Positions 62,569 through 64,000 of a DNA stretch of 64,000 bases are shown one piece after another; the first letter of the stretch is position 1; each line of letters begins with the position of its first letter. A program made the translations under genes and the position numbers. The notes beneath the pieces are model-generated. The model was given only the letters and a program-made list of their open reading frames with translations. It was not told the origin of the DNA and searched no databases. This stretch comes from Octopus vulgaris (lineage: Eukaryota): contig OX597839.1 in the NCBI GenBank assembly GCA_951406725.2, positions 25,420,001-25,484,000 on the forward strand, read 5' to 3'.

Positions 62569-63167
62569 ATGTATATATATATATATATTATATGTAGAAA
62601 AATACAAACTGGGACAAGAACATAAAACATTTAGAAGACGATACAAAAAACACGGATGGGACATACGAAGCCTTCAATCTTCAGTCAAGAACTGGATCAT
62701 CCTCGCAATTTCAGCTGATTAATCTTGAGATCGCTCCGATCCGGCCAGCCCCAAGGAAAAACTAAGCTACGAGCATTAGATTTCTTGGAAGAAGGATTGA
62801 ATGTATACGAAACAGGGACAGAAAAACGGACGATGCCACACGAATATAAAATACAAAAAACAATAATGAAACACAAAAACATATATATATATATATATAA
62901 TTACAAAGTGAGATAGGGGTTGTGAGTGTAACCCTCTATGGGATAACATATATCCAATATACTGCCAGTAAATCACCCAGAAATGCTAATACATAAATGC
63001 TAAGAATTGCAATGCAATTAATTCATTTATTGCATTAGATGGGCAAAGGTAAAATGCTTTACCTCAAATTCATAATACAAAATAAGAAAATGGAGGAATA
63101 TATTTTAATCAATCATCAACTTCCAGGTAATACCAATTCATATAATTTATTAACTAATTGTTCCTAA

Positions 63168-63383
63168 TTATATTATATATATATTATATATATATATACA
63201 CACATATATATACATACACACACACACATATATATACATACACACACACACATATATATATACATACACACATATACACATACACACACATATACATACA
63301 TACACACATATACATACATACACATATATATACATATATACACATATATATATATACACATATATATACATACATACACATAT

Positions 63384-63418
<35 letters not shown>

Positions 63419-63624
63419 CATATATATACATATATAATATATATATATATACATATATATACATATACATATACATATATATACATATATATATATATAC
63501 ATATACACATATATATATATATACAATATATATAATAATATATATATATATAATAATAATATATATACACATATATATATATACATATATATAATATATA
63601 TATATAATATACATATATACATAC
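63168..63624. repeat. (TA)n/(CA)n compound microsatellite
   Basis: Direct inspection; source of the spurious YIYI ORFs. Confidence 0.95.
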
Positions 63625-63654
63625 AAGCAAAACGCCACCTGTCCTATATGTGCA

Positions 63655-63985
63655 GAGACATGGCTCAGTGGTTAGGGTATTCAGCTCACAATCGTGAGGT
63701 CATGAGTTCAATTCCTGGCAATGTGTTGTGTCCTTCAGCAAGGCCCTTTATTTCACTTTATTGCCCCAGTCCACTCAGCTGGCAAAAATGGATAGTACCT
63801 GTAATTCATAGGGGGCCTACCATGTCACATTCTGTGTCATGCTGAATCTCCCAGAGAATTTATGTTAAGAGTACAGGTGTTTATGGAATACTCAACCACA
63901 TGCACATTAATTTCATGATTAGGCTGCTGTTCAGTTGATCCCTTCAATTGGAACCCTTGGAACCAACAGAGTGCCAGTCATATAC
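63655..63985 (+). mobile_element. tRNA-derived SINE (further family)
   Basis: A box TGGCTCAGTGG, B box GAGTTCAATTCC; related fragments at ~36415-36530 and ~42255-42350. Confidence 0.65.
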
Positions 63986-64000
63986 ATGCATATATAAATC

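Noticed and set aside
63158-63638. Tyr/Ile-rich ORFs (also at 19.4, 34.5, 47.8, 48.4 and 62.4 kb)
   Set aside because: Translations of (TA)n/(CA)n microsatellites

Overview
Repeat-dense, AT-rich eukaryotic genomic DNA. The SINE/LINE families and (TA)n/(GATA)n/(CAT)n microsatellites point to an octopus (coleoid cephalopod) genome (inference). Four protein-coding loci can be read. (1) RUS1/RUSF1 (C16orf58) homolog on the minus strand, with seven in-phase GT-AG exons from ATG 20040 down to 2596, continuing off the left edge. (2) A divergently transcribed PRR14/Tantalus-domain gene on the plus strand, with one large coding exon (25187-27866) that contains an apparent frameshift. (3) A complete four-exon ALKBH2 on the plus strand (37444-45533, 245 aa). 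(4) The terminal exon of an unidentified minus-strand gene (62287-62424). The remainder is tRNA-derived SINEs, RTE/CR1/R4-like LINE fragments, mariner/maT/Tigger relics, TTAA MITEs, a Merlin-like MITE and many fold-back palindromes. Highlights: a ~600 bp inverted copy of the ALKBH2 catalytic exon (~97% identical over the exon, with its splice acceptor and 3' flank) inside intron 2 of the same gene; a second inverted exon copy (RUSF1 exon 1) across the bidirectional promoter; and palindromes carrying minimal hammerhead-ribozyme-like cores. Nearly all short ORFs in the supplied track are repeat artefacts. Repeat coordinates are approximate.
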